Shown: positions 1-9,928, counted from the first letter of the stretch. The stretch: 32,000 nt of DNA from Alkalilimnicola ehrlichii MLHE-1 (GCF_000014785.1 NC_008340.1:3000001-3032000); one strand, 5' to 3'. Made by a program: numbers and translations. The notes: a model not told the origin generated them from the sequence alone.

Positions 1-1453
1 CCGCCACGACGGTATGGGTCAGGCGATGGGGCACCCCGGCCACGGCGCTTTCCGCCACCGCCGGGTGCCGGTTGAGCACCGCCTCCACCTCGGCCGGACC
101 CACCATGTAGCCGCGCGTCTTGATCACGTCGTCGGAGCGGCCGAGGAACTGCAGCTCACCGTCCGGCAGCCGCTTCGCCAAGTCACCGGACAGGTACCAG
201 CCGTCCAAGAAGGCCTGCCGGTACCGCTCGGTGTCGCCCAGATAGGCCAGAAACTGCGACGGCCAGCCGCTGCGCACGGCAATCTCCCCCACCTCCCCAC
301 GCGGCACCCGGGTCACGCCATCGTCGCCATGGCGGACCAGAGCCACCTCGATACCGGGCACCGCCCGCCCCATGCGTCCCGGGGCCACCGGCTCATCCCC
401 GTACTGGGCGATCATGATCACCCCGGTCTCCGACTGCCACCAGCCATTGCGCGCGGGGGTACCGAAGGTCGCCTGCGACCAATGGGTGAGCGGGGCGTCC
501 AGCGGTTCACCGGTGCTGAACAACCGCTGCAGGGCGGAGAGATCCACCCCGTCGGCGATCTCGGTGCCGGCCCGACGGAGCAGTCGCAGGGCGGTCGGGG
601 AGGTCACCCAGGACTGGATGCGCTCCTGCTCCAGCAACCCGTACCAGCGCTGCGCCTCGAAGGGGGGTTCGTCGATCAGGGTGGTGGCACCGCAGAGCAG
701 CGGCACCAGCATGGCGTAGGAGACCCCGGTGACCCAGCCGAGGTCCGCCGTACACCAGTGGCGACTGCCCGGCGACAGCTCCAGCACCAGCCGCCCGGAG
801 GCGACATGGGCGGCGGCGGCCCGGTGGGCGTGCAGCACGCATTTGGGCGGGCCCAGCGTGCCACTGGTGAAGTGCAGCAGGGCGGGGTACTCCGGCCCCG
901 TGGAGACTGGTGGCACCGGCTCGGCCTGGCCAATGAACCAGTCCCAGCGCTCTGCGTCAGGGGCCTCGCCGTCGAGCAGGATCACATCCTGCAGCGCCGG
1001 GAGCTGGGCCCGGATGGGCCAAATGGTCTCCCGGTAGAGCTGTTCGGTCGTCACCAGCACCCGGGCCTCGCTCACTGTCAGCCGCTGGCGCACCGGCTGA
1101 GGGCCGTAGACGGGGAACAAGGGCGCAAAGACGGCGCCCTGGCGCAGGGCGCCAAGGCCGGCGATAAAAGGCTCGGGCCGCCTGGGTGCCAGGGTACAGA
1201 CCCGCTCACCCAGGCCCACACCCCGGGCCCGGAGGGCGCCGGCAAAGCGGGCCGAGGCCTCCAGCAGTTCCGCGTAGCTGGAGGCCCGGCGCTCGTTATC
1301 CAGCCCCCGCCAGACCAGCGCCTCGTGATCGCCACCGCCCGCCTCCACGTGCCGGTCCAAAGCCTCGTAGGCCATGTTCAGCCGACCGTCCGGCAGCCCC
1401 TTCAGCCAGTGTCGCCTGATCTCGGCCCAGGAGAATCCATCCTCAGTAGCCAC
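1..1453 (-). CDS. AMP-forming acyl-CoA ligase, acetyl-CoA-synthetase-like (N-terminal ~484 codons; C-terminus runs off the window start)
   Basis: Absent from the ORF track because it has no in-window stop. Hand translation of the minus strand (plus-strand triplets at 2,5,8...) was spot-checked as open at both ends and mid-gene. GTG start at 1453-1451 is preceded by AAGGAG (rc of 1465-1470) and an in-frame TAA (1469-1471). It reads VATEDGFSWAEIRRHW..GRLNMAYEALDRH. It also reads LLHFTSGTLGPPK (about 842-880, AMP-binding core motif) and GWWQSETG (about 430-455). At the window edge it reads GRSDDVIKTRGYMVGPAEVEAVLNRHPAVAESAVAGVP. Track ORF 14..1570(+) is its antisense shadow. Confidence 0.88.
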   Translation of the reverse strand, partial: MATEDGFSWAEIRRHWLKGLPDGRLNMAYEALDRHVEAGGGDHEALVWRGLDNERRASSYAELLEASARFAGALRARGVGLGERVCTLAPRRPEPFIAGLGALRQGAVFAPLFPVYGPQPVRQRLTVSEARVLVTTEQLYRETIWPIRAQLPALQDVILLDGEAPDAERWDWFIGQAEPVPPVSTGPEYPALLHFTSGTLGPPKCVLHAHRAAAAHVASGRLVLELSPGSRHWCTADLGWVTGVSYAMLVPLLCGATTLIDEPPFEAQRWYGLLEQERIQSWVTSPTALRLLRRAGTEIADGVDLSALQRLFSTGEPLDAPLTHWSQATFGTPARNGWWQSETGVIMIAQYGDEPVAPGRMGRAVPGIEVALVRHGDDGVTRVPRGEVGEIAVRSGWPSQFLAYLGDTERYRQAFLDGWYLSGDLAKRLPDGELQFLGRSDDVIKTRGYMVGPAEVEAVLNRHPAVAESAVAGVPHRLTHTVVA

Positions 1454-1623
1454 CTGTGCGCACGCTCCTTACCATCCAGCGTCGATGCATCATCCAAGCC
1501 TACCAGCAAGCCGGCCAGGTCACAGCCGCCCCGTACCCGACGATGGCTCTCGCCACGGCCACTCCGGTAATATATACGGTACGGCGCACGTGTTGCGTCA
1601 CCGCCCCGGGCCCCGGAGCCGCC

Positions 1624-2691
1624 ATGATCGACACCCTGTTGCAGAACACCCTCGCCATCACGCTGGCCGCCGCCCCCTGGCTGCTGCTGGGGCTGCTGGT
1701 GGCCGGCGCGGTGCGCGCCCTGATACCGGAGGACCAACTCCAGACCTGGCTGGGCGGCAGCGGCATCGCCCCCATCACCCGGGCGGCGCTGGTGGGGGCC
1801 CCACTACCGCTGTGCTCCTGCGGCGCGATCCCGACGGCGGTGGCCCTGCACCGCGGCGGGGCCTCCCGCGGGGCCTCCACGGCCTTCCTGATCGGCACCC
1901 CCGGCGTGGGGGTGGACTCCGTGATCCTCACCTGGGCGCTGCTGGGCCCCTTTATGGCCGTGGTCCGCCCCCTCGGGGCGGTGAGCACCGCCATCGCCAC
2001 CGGCCTGGCCGTGGGTCGCTTGCCCCTGCCGCGGCAGGGCGGACAGGCCGTGAAGGACGCGGCGGAATGCGGTAGCTGCTGCGGCGAGAGTTGCGCCGGC
2101 GGGGCCGGAGCTGAGGCGGCGGCGGGAACGCCCTCCTTCGGCGGGCGCCTGGCCAGGGGGCTGCGCTATGCGGTAACCGACCTGCTGGATGATATCGGCC
2201 TCTGGCTGCTGGGCGGGCTGCTGCTGGCCGGCATGTTGATCACCTGGATCCCTGCCGGTGCCCTGGCTGAATGGGGCAGCGGTCTGCCTGCCATGCTGGC
2301 GCTGGCAGCGGCCGGTATCCCGCTGTACCTGTGCGCCACCGCAGTGACCCCTGTGGCCGCCGGACTGATCCTGGCCGGGGTCTCGCCCGGCACCGCCTTG
2401 GTGCTGTTGCTCGCCGGCCCGATCACCAGCCTCGCCACCCTGGCCGTGCTGCGCCGGGAGATGGGCATGACCGTGGTCTCGATCTACCTGGCCAGCATCC
2501 TGCTCTGCGCCGTATCGGCCGGGCTGCTGGTGGATGGCGTGGTGGCGGCGCTGGAGGTGGACGTGGCCGCGCAGTCCACCGCGGCCGTGGAATGGATGCC
2601 CGACGGGCTGAAATGGCTGGCGCTGATCGTGCTAGTGACCCTGGGCATCCGCCCCCTGCGCCGGCGGCTGCCCGGCCTCGCCCTCGATTGA
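1624..2691 (+). CDS. Multi-pass permease of the COG0701 / ArsP / SO_0444-like (putative metal efflux) family
   Basis: In frame with track ORF 1456..2691. ATG 1624 follows GGAG (1615-1618). The protein is hydrophobic throughout and has the family-typical GAPLPLCSCGAIP motif plus a Cys-rich loop ECGSCCGESC. The start codon choice is an inference. Confidence 0.8.
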   Translation: MIDTLLQNTLAITLAAAPWLLLGLLVAGAVRALIPEDQLQTWLGGSGIAPITRAALVGAPLPLCSCGAIPTAVALHRGGASRGASTAFLIGTPGVGVDSVILTWALLGPFMAVVRPLGAVSTAIATGLAVGRLPLPRQGGQAVKDAAECGSCCGESCAGGAGAEAAAGTPSFGGRLARGLRYAVTDLLDDIGLWLLGGLLLAGMLITWIPAGALAEWGSGLPAMLALAAAGIPLYLCATAVTPVAAGLILAGVSPGTALVLLLAGPITSLATLAVLRREMGMTVVSIYLASILLCAVSAGLLVDGVVAALEVDVAAQSTAAVEWMPDGLKWLALIVLVTLGIRPLRRRLPGLALD

Positions 2692-4311
2692 CCCTTCCGG
2701 GGGGGCAACGCAGACCCGGTCGCGCCCCCCGCTCTTGGCAAGGTACAGGGCCTGGTCGGCGCGTTTGAGCACTGCCGCCGGACCGTCATCGGCGGTGAAA
2801 CCGGCGACACCCGCCGAGGCGGTCACGGAATAGTCGACCCCGTCGTACTCGAAGCCGTCCTCCCGCAGTCCCTGCAATACCGCATCGGCAACCTGTGCGG
2901 CCTCCTCCGAGGTGGTCTCCGGCAGCAGGGCGACGAACTCCTCGCCGCCGTAGCGGGCCAGGAAATCGGACCGCCGCAGCCGCCTGTGAATCCGCCCTGC
3001 GATCTGGGCCAGCGCCTGGTCGCCGGCGGCATGGCCGAGCCGGTCGTTGATCAGCTTGAAATGGTCCACGTCGAAAAACACCAGGGCGAGCGGGCGCCGG
3101 TGGCGCTGCCAGCGGGCGAATTCGTAGTCCAGCCGCTCCTCCCAGGCCCGTCGGTTGGGCACGCCCGTCAGGCGGTCCTCACGGGAGGAGGCGCGGGCGT
3201 CGGCCAGGCGCTCGCGCAATTGCCGCGCCTCGCCCTCCATGATCTTCATGCGCTCGCGCAGGCTGCGCAGTTGCGCCTCCAGGGCCGCCGCACGCTGCGC
3301 CTCGGCGCGGCGCCGGGCGGCCAGCTGTTCACCCAGCTTGTCCACATGCCGGCTGACGGCGGCCTTGAGGGCCTGGAGATCGCCGTACCGGGCCAGATCC
3401 GCATCCAACCCGGCCAGCTCGTCGTGCATCCACCGCCGCTCGTCCACCTGCGCCCGGCTGTGATCCCGCTCGACCCGCTCAGCGCTGGCCATCAGCTCCT
3501 CCATCTCGCCCAACCGGGTCTCCAACGCGGCCATAAAGCGCTTCAGGCCATCCCGCTCCGCCTCCAGGCGAGCGCGCACCTCGGCGGCGAGTCCCGCCAG
3601 GCTGTCGAGGATATCCGCAAGGCCGTCCAGCCCCTCGGCGTTCAGGGCATCGACCCGCTGGCCAAGACCGTCGTCCTCGTCGTCTCCCGGCCCCAGCACG
3701 GACCGCAATAGCCCCGCCAGGCTGCGCCGCAGCCGGCGAACGCTGGCTGGCTTGGTCGGGCCGGCGGTGGGCGCCGGGTCACCGGGGCCGGCCGACGGAG
3801 CACCCCGCCCGGCGCCACCGAGCAAACGGCGGAACACCCCCTCCCGCGGCAGCGGGGCTGCCGGCTGGATCGCTTGCGGCGCGGGGATACAGAGCTCGAC
3901 CACCTCCGGGGCCAGCTCGAGGGCCTCCAGCTCCGTCACCGTCTCCAGGCGCGCCCGAAGCTGCCGGGCCCGGCGCACGCCGGCGCGTCCCTGCACCCGG
4001 TCAAGCAGGCGCAGCAGGTGGCCGCGCAGCGGCTGCAGCCGGCCGTCGCGCTCCAGTCCCTGGGCACGCTGACGGATCACAGCGCTCTGTTCGGTCAGTT
4101 CGGCGCGGCCGTGGGGGCTGCGCATCGCCGCGCGCAACCGGTCCAGGGCCCGGTCCAGCTGCGGATCGCGACCGACACCACACAACGCCACCTCCCTCAG
4201 GGCAAGGCGCAGGCGCTCCTCCAGCCGGACCCAGGCGGACTCGCGCCGGTCCATCTCGGCGATACACTCCAGATAGCGTTGGCGCCAGTCCTGGCTCCCG
4301 TCCACCGGCAT
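2632..4311 (-). CDS. Diguanylate cyclase: long coiled-coil N-terminal region + C-terminal GGDEF domain
   Basis: Track ORF of 559 aa. The C-terminal part reads LTGVPNRRAWEERL..FFDVDHFKLINDRLGHAAGD..RRSDFLARYGGEEFVALLP, giving a GGEEF active site with an RxxD I-site 5 residues upstream. ATG 4311 is preceded by GAGAGGAG. The N-terminal ~380 aa are Arg/Leu/Glu/Ala-rich heptad-like sequence with no sensor domain I recognise. Confidence 0.9.
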   Translation of the reverse strand: MPVDGSQDWRQRYLECIAEMDRRESAWVRLEERLRLALREVALCGVGRDPQLDRALDRLRAAMRSPHGRAELTEQSAVIRQRAQGLERDGRLQPLRGHLLRLLDRVQGRAGVRRARQLRARLETVTELEALELAPEVVELCIPAPQAIQPAAPLPREGVFRRLLGGAGRGAPSAGPGDPAPTAGPTKPASVRRLRRSLAGLLRSVLGPGDDEDDGLGQRVDALNAEGLDGLADILDSLAGLAAEVRARLEAERDGLKRFMAALETRLGEMEELMASAERVERDHSRAQVDERRWMHDELAGLDADLARYGDLQALKAAVSRHVDKLGEQLAARRRAEAQRAAALEAQLRSLRERMKIMEGEARQLRERLADARASSREDRLTGVPNRRAWEERLDYEFARWQRHRRPLALVFFDVDHFKLINDRLGHAAGDQALAQIAGRIHRRLRRSDFLARYGGEEFVALLPETTSEEAAQVADAVLQGLREDGFEYDGVDYSVTASAGVAGFTADDGPAAVLKRADQALYLAKSGGRDRVCVAPPEGSIEGEAGQPPAQGADAQGH

Positions 4312-4416
4312 ACTCGACTCCTCTCAGGCGGGGCCCGAACCGACGCGGCCCCGAAATACCCTTCACGGATCGCAGTTTTAACGCACGAGCGGTATACTCG
4401 CGGCACAGTCACCATA

Positions 4417-5670
4417 ATGAAGTGGTGGCGGGTTCACCAGCCCGCCGCCGACCCGAACAGGCCGCCGCCCGATCTGATGAAGCCATGCCCGAGCACCACA
4501 CGACAGCTGATCCGCCTGCGTGACCGCGTGCTCGCGCGGTCCCGGCAGATCATGCTCGAGCTCAGCGGCGGCGACCCGGAGGGCATACTCTCACCCCGGC
4601 ATCACGGCCTGATCCTGCGCCGACAGCGGGCCCGCCTGTTGATCTCCCGGGTCCGGATCGTTGCCTTTGTCTTCGCCATCCTCACCCCGCTCTGGATCGC
4701 CGTGGACCTCGCCGTCTTCCCCCCGGAGATCGCCCTGCCGCTGGGCATCGCCCGGCTGCTCACCAGCACTGCCTTCTTCAGCCTGGCGTTGATGTATGCG
4801 GACTCGGATCGGGTCTGGCATGCCTGGGTCGCATTGGGGTTGATGTTCCTGATCCCCACGCTGTTTTTCCTCTACAGCCACTCACTGCTGGCGGGCACGG
4901 ACATGGAGGGGGTGTCCGCGGCGATGGCGGCCGGCTATGCCTACCTCCCCTTCGTGATGCTCTCGGGGCTGGCGGTCTTCCCGCTGACGGCGCTGGAGGC
5001 GGCGGTCTTCGCCCTCCCCGTGGTCGCCGCCCAGGCACTCACCGGTCTGCTGGGCCAGGACCTGATGGGGTGGAGCAACCAGCTGGGTGCCACCTGGCTG
5101 CTGGTGCTGATCGCGGTGGTGGCGGCGCTGGCCGGTATGAGCCAGCTGCACTTCATGGCCGAGCTGGTGCGCCGCTCCTCCCATGACGCCCTCACCGGCT
5201 GTCTCAACCGCGCCAGCGGCGAGGAGCTGGTGCGGCTGCACTTCAGCATGGCGCGGCGGACCGGTGAGCCGGTCACCGTTGTGTTCATGGACCTGGACCG
5301 GTTCAAGTCGATCAACGACCGCTTCGGCCACGATATCGGCGATGTGGTGCTCTACCAGGCCGCAAACGCCATCCGCGAGCAGCTTCGGGATACCGACACG
5401 TTGATCCGCTGGGGCGGAGAGGAGTTCGTCCTGCTGCTGCCGGGCGCCACGCGGAGCGATGCCTGTCGGGCCCTGGCCCGTCTGCAGTCCAACGGGCTGG
5501 GCCTGCGCCCCGACGGCAGGCCACTCACCGCCAGCTTCGGACTGGCCGACACCCTGACCCCCGGGGTCAGCGACGTCGACAGCCTGGTGGAGACGGCGGA
5601 TCGGCACATGTACGCGGCCAAGCGGGCCGGCGGCGACCGCATCGTGGCCGGCCTGGAGCCCACACCCTGA
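4417..5670 (+). CDS. Membrane-bound diguanylate cyclase (multi-TM N-terminus + GGDEF)
   Basis: This is the 3' part of track ORF 3874..5670; the upstream part is antisense to the previous gene. ATG 4417 opens MKWWRV..., followed by several hydrophobic helices. It then reads HDALTGCLNRASGEE..FMDLDRFKSINDRFGHDIGD..RDTDTLIRWGGEEFVLLLP (GGEEF plus RxxD). The start is uncertain; an alternative Met lies 20 codons downstream. Confidence 0.85.
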   Translation: MKWWRVHQPAADPNRPPPDLMKPCPSTTRQLIRLRDRVLARSRQIMLELSGGDPEGILSPRHHGLILRRQRARLLISRVRIVAFVFAILTPLWIAVDLAVFPPEIALPLGIARLLTSTAFFSLALMYADSDRVWHAWVALGLMFLIPTLFFLYSHSLLAGTDMEGVSAAMAAGYAYLPFVMLSGLAVFPLTALEAAVFALPVVAAQALTGLLGQDLMGWSNQLGATWLLVLIAVVAALAGMSQLHFMAELVRRSSHDALTGCLNRASGEELVRLHFSMARRTGEPVTVVFMDLDRFKSINDRFGHDIGDVVLYQAANAIREQLRDTDTLIRWGGEEFVLLLPGATRSDACRALARLQSNGLGLRPDGRPLTASFGLADTLTPGVSDVDSLVETADRHMYAAKRAGGDRIVAGLEPTP

Positions 5671-5679
5671 GGGCCGGAA

Positions 5680-7341
5680 TCACTCCGCCACCCGGGCGGC
5701 ACCGATCCCGCGCGGGTCCGAGGCCGCGTGCAGACGGCCCTCGCAGTGGTCCCAGAGCAGCGCCTGCATGTCGCCGTAGCGGCGGTTGACGTTGCGCAGG
5801 CGATGGCCTCGGCCCTGAAGGTCCGCCCGGGTGGACCGGGAGAAGGCCCCCGGCTCGTGCTGGATCTCGTCCGGCAGGTACTGGTGGTGGTATCGGGGGG
5901 CGGCAACCAGCTCGTCCAGGGGGGTGGCCTCGAGAAACCCCAGGGCACCCAGCATCACCATGGTGACGATCCGGCTGCCGCCGGGCGTGCCGTAGATGAG
6001 CGTGCGGCACTCATCCTCCAGAAAGGCGGGCGTCATGCTGGAGAGCGGGCGCTTGCCCGGCTCGATGCGGTTGGGCTCGGTGCCCAGCAGGCCGTAGACG
6101 TTTCCCTCCCCCAGCGCCGTGGCGAAGTCATCCATCTCGTTGTTCAGCAGTACCCCGGTCCCGGGCGGCACGGTGGTGGCGCCGAAGGGGTAGTTGATGG
6201 AGAGGGTGGCCGCCACCCGATTGCCCTGGCCATCCACCACGGAGAAATGCGTGGTCTGCCGCCCCTCACCGCCGGCCACCGGCACCGGCAGCTCGGTGCT
6301 GGGGGTGGCCTGCGCCATGTCGATCTCCGCTCGCAGCGCGCGGGCATACTCCGCGCTGAGCAGGCGATCCATGGGGATCTCGGTGAAATCCGGGTCGCCC
6401 AGCCAGGCCGCCCGGTCACGATAGACCCGCCGCATGGCCTCGCTGGTCAGGTGGACCCGATCCGCCCTGGACAGGGCTTGCCAGTCGTCGTCGGCCAGCA
6501 TCTGCAGGAACCCGACCAGCCCCACCCCCCCGGCCGACGGCGGTGCCGCGGCAGTGATCCGCAGATCCCCCATCCGCCCGCGCACCGGCTCGCGTTCCAC
6601 CACGCGGTACCCGGCCAGGTCATCCAGGGTCCAGATCCCGCCGGTGGCCCGCACCCCGGCCACCAGGGCCTCGGCCACCGGCCCCTCGTAGAAGCCGGCC
6701 AAACCGTGCTCGGCGATGCGCTCAAGAGAATCGGCCAGATCCGGCTGACGCAGCAGGCTGCCCTGGGGCGGCGGTATGCGGTCACGAAGGAAGATCCGCC
6801 GGGCCTCCGGGTCGGCATTCAGCGCCCGCACCCGGAACAGGGCCATGCGCCGATACTGGCTGTCCACCTGAAAGCCCTGACGGGCCAGCCGGATGGCAGG
6901 TGCCAGGCTCTCCGCGAGCGGCAGCGCCCCGTACTCCCGGGCCAGGTGGACCATCGCTGCCGGGGTGCCGGGGATGGCGGCCGCCAACCCGCCCTGCAGG
7001 GAACGCTCGCGGTCCAGTTCCCCGCTGTCATCCAGATACATGTCCGGGTAGGCCGCACCGGGTGCGGTCTCGCGCCCGTCAAGCATCACCTCATGGCCGT
7101 CCGCGGCCCGGTGCAGTAACCAGAAGCCACCGCCACCGATCCCGGAGCCATAGGGCTCCACCACCGCCAGGGTGGCGGTCAGGGTCACGGCCGCGTCGAA
7201 GGCGTTACCCCCCTGGGCCATCACCTCCATGGCGGCCGCACTGGCACGCGGATGGGCCGAGGCAACGGCCGGCGGCGGCGTCGCCAGTGCCTCGCCGGCC
7301 CAGCAAAGGAGCAGGCCGACAACCAGGGCCACCCGGCGCAT
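5680..7341 (-). CDS. ggt: Gamma-glutamyltranspeptidase
   Basis: Track ORF 5680..7347. The N-terminal signal peptide is MRRVALVVGLLLCWAGEALA. The autoprocessing/nucleophile region reads GRQTTHFSVVDGQGNRVAATLSINYPFG, followed by GTPGGSRI. I prefer ATG 7341 over the track TTG 7347. The start lies 2 nt after the coaD stop. Confidence 0.93.
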   Translation of the reverse strand: MRRVALVVGLLLCWAGEALATPPPAVASAHPRASAAAMEVMAQGGNAFDAAVTLTATLAVVEPYGSGIGGGGFWLLHRAADGHEVMLDGRETAPGAAYPDMYLDDSGELDRERSLQGGLAAAIPGTPAAMVHLAREYGALPLAESLAPAIRLARQGFQVDSQYRRMALFRVRALNADPEARRIFLRDRIPPPQGSLLRQPDLADSLERIAEHGLAGFYEGPVAEALVAGVRATGGIWTLDDLAGYRVVEREPVRGRMGDLRITAAAPPSAGGVGLVGFLQMLADDDWQALSRADRVHLTSEAMRRVYRDRAAWLGDPDFTEIPMDRLLSAEYARALRAEIDMAQATPSTELPVPVAGGEGRQTTHFSVVDGQGNRVAATLSINYPFGATTVPPGTGVLLNNEMDDFATALGEGNVYGLLGTEPNRIEPGKRPLSSMTPAFLEDECRTLIYGTPGGSRIVTMVMLGALGFLEATPLDELVAAPRYHHQYLPDEIQHEPGAFSRSTRADLQGRGHRLRNVNRRYGDMQALLWDHCEGRLHAASDPRGIGAARVAE

Positions 7342-7343
7342 GC

Positions 7344-7892
<549 letters not shown>

Positions 7893-7907
7893 TTATAAAC
7901 CCCTGGT

Positions 7908-8486
7908 TTATTCTGATTTTTGGCGTCCAGGCTCTTCCGGGCTGATCAGGGCGTAACGCACCCCGCCGGCCCGCTTCTCGCGCTGGACCGACCAGCCCGC
8001 CGGCAGCGCCGGCGGAGGCTGGTGGGCATCGCTCTCCAGATAGAGCCGCCCGCCCGGCACCAGCCATTGCCGCTCGGCGATAAGCTGCATGGCGGCCTCC
8101 CCCAGGCTGGCGCGAAAGGGCGGATCCAGAAAGACGATATCCATACTTTGTACCGGTCCGGCGAGAAAACGCAATGCATCGGTCGGGACCACGCGGCCAC
8201 GCTCCGCCGCGTCCAGGACCTGCAACTGCGCGCGCAACGCCGCCGCTACCCGCGCATTGCGTTCCACGAAGACCACCTCGGCCGCCCCCCGGGAAAGGGC
8301 CTCCAGGCCCAGGACACCGCTACCGGCAAAGAGGTCGAGACAACGGGCACCGGGGATCCGCGCCTGCACCCAGTTGAACAGCGTCTCGCGGATACGATCG
8401 CCGGTGGGTCGCAGATCCGGGCCGCGGGGCACCGCCAGCCGGCGCCCCCGCCAGGCGCCGCCGATGATCCGAAGGTGCCCGCTCAA
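7908..8486 (-). CDS. rsmD: 16S rRNA (guanine966-N2)-methyltransferase
   Basis: It reads LRIIGGAWRGRRLAVP..LRPTGDRIRETLFNW..LDLFAGSGVLGLEALSRGA..VFLDPPF. The only available start is TTG 8486, which overlaps the upstream gene's TGA stop (TTGA), suggesting translational coupling. Confidence 0.9.
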   Translation of the reverse strand: MSGHLRIIGGAWRGRRLAVPRGPDLRPTGDRIRETLFNWVQARIPGARCLDLFAGSGVLGLEALSRGAAEVVFVERNARVAAALRAQLQVLDAAERGRVVPTDALRFLAGPVQSMDIVFLDPPFRASLGEAAMQLIAERQWLVPGGRLYLESDAHQPPPALPAGWSVQREKRAGGVRYALISPEEPGRQKSE

Positions 8487-9928
8487 GGGGCCGCCTCCCC
8501 GGCACCGCCGCCCGGACCGACGTGGTCACGCTCATAGGGGGCGCCAGGCTCACCGGGTGGCGGCTCCTCCAGCGCCTCGTCATCCACCTCCTCCTCCGGC
8601 GGCCCCACCAGCACGGTCACCATGCGGTCCGGGTCGATCCGCTCACGGAGGACCCGGTGGACGCGCTCGCGGTCCAGGGCCTCCAGGCGCAAAAGGTAGC
8701 TCTCGAGCTGATCCAGAGGCAGGCCATAGAAGCCGATATCGGCGATGGCGGAGAGCAGCTGGCGGTTGCTCTCCAGCTCCAGCGGGAAGCTGCCCGCCAG
8801 GTAGCGCAGGGCCCGGTCCATCTCCTCGTCGTCGGGCCCGTCCGCCAGATAGGCACGCAGCTCCTCGTCGAGCACCTCCAACGCCTCCCCGGTCCGATCG
8901 GCCCGCACCTGGCTGCCGAGTACCACCGGGCCGGCCTTACGCATCGGCGCCAGGCCGCTGTGGCTGCTGTAAGAGAGCCCGCGCTCCTCACGCATGGCCT
9001 GGAAGATGCGGGAGACCAGCCCGGAACCGCCGAGGATGTGATCGGCCACCGAGAGCGCCAGCAGGTCCTCATCACCCCGGGCGATGGCCGGGTGCCCCAT
9101 CAGGATGCGGGTTTGGGTCCCGGGGAACGCCACCTCCACCGTGCGTGCCGGTACCCGCGGCACGGCGGGGAGGGGCGGTGCGGGATCACCCACCGGCAGG
9201 GCACGGGACAGGCGCTCGGCCAAGGCCTCGGCCTGCTCTCGGGTGAGATCGCCCACCAGGGCGATCTGGGCATTGCCGGTGGTGTAATGATCGGCGTGGA
9301 AGGCCTGCACGTCGGCGCGGGCAATGGCCCGGATACCCTCCTCGGTACCGGAGGGTGCGCGGGCGTAGGGGTGGCCCGGGTAGAGGGTCTCGAACAGCGT
9401 CCGCCACGCCATCGCGCTGGCGGACTGACGCTCGCCGCGCAGGGCGACCAGACGGCGCTGGCGCTCCCGCGCCAGGGCGTCTTCGGGAAAGTCGGGCGCG
9501 GCCAGTACGTCGTCCAGCACGGCCAGGGCCGCCTCCAGCGCCTCCTCTTCCGCCAGGCTGCGCAGGCTGACCACTGCCTGCTCCCGACCCGCGTTCACCG
9601 ACAGACGCGCCCCCTGGTCTTCCAGCCGCCGGGCAATCTCACCGGCATCCAGGCCGGCCGCCCCCTGATCGAGCAGGTTGGCGGTGACCCGTGCCAGCCC
9701 CGCCTGGTCACACTCCCGGGCGCTGCCGGCGTCGAAGGTGACCGCCACATCGATGATGGGCAGCGCGGCGCTGCGCACGAAGTAGACCGGAACCCCGACC
9801 TCGGTCTCCCAGTGCTCGATCTCGGGGATTGCGAACTCCCCCTCATCGGCCGATGCCGGCAGGGCGACCACCAGCAGCACGGCCAGGGCAACGCTCAGCA
9901 GGTGTCTTAGTGATCGGTACAGGCTCAT
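8483..9928 (-). CDS. M16-family peptidase-like protein, non-catalytic subunit type (secreted)
   Basis: It has a signal peptide, MSLYRSLRHLLSVALAVLLVVALPASA. M16 fold-like sequence runs throughout, but the HxxEH position reads GLARVTANLLDQG, so there is no zinc motif. Its ATG overlaps the upstream gene's stop (ATGA at 9925-9928). Confidence 0.85.
   Translation of the reverse strand: MSLYRSLRHLLSVALAVLLVVALPASADEGEFAIPEIEHWETEVGVPVYFVRSAALPIIDVAVTFDAGSARECDQAGLARVTANLLDQGAAGLDAGEIARRLEDQGARLSVNAGREQAVVSLRSLAEEEALEAALAVLDDVLAAPDFPEDALARERQRRLVALRGERQSASAMAWRTLFETLYPGHPYARAPSGTEEGIRAIARADVQAFHADHYTTGNAQIALVGDLTREQAEALAERLSRALPVGDPAPPLPAVPRVPARTVEVAFPGTQTRILMGHPAIARGDEDLLALSVADHILGGSGLVSRIFQAMREERGLSYSSHSGLAPMRKAGPVVLGSQVRADRTGEALEVLDEELRAYLADGPDDEEMDRALRYLAGSFPLELESNRQLLSAIADIGFYGLPLDQLESYLLRLEALDRERVHRVLRERIDPDRMVTVLVGPPEEEVDDEALEEPPPGEPGAPYERDHVGPGGGAGEAAP

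Noticed and set aside
14-1570. 518-aa plus-strand ORF, the longest ORF at the left end.
   Set aside because: It is Arg/Pro/Gly/His-rich nonsense typical of the antisense frame of a GC-rich gene. The opposite strand encodes clear AMP-binding ligase motifs (TSGTLGPPK, WWQSETG).
5728-7119. 463-aa plus-strand ORF. The same applies to 8522..9910(+), 11476..12459(-), 12321..13298(-) and 4882..5607(-).
   Set aside because: All are antisense shadows of ggt, the M16 peptidase, ftsY, ftsE and the GGDEF gene respectively.
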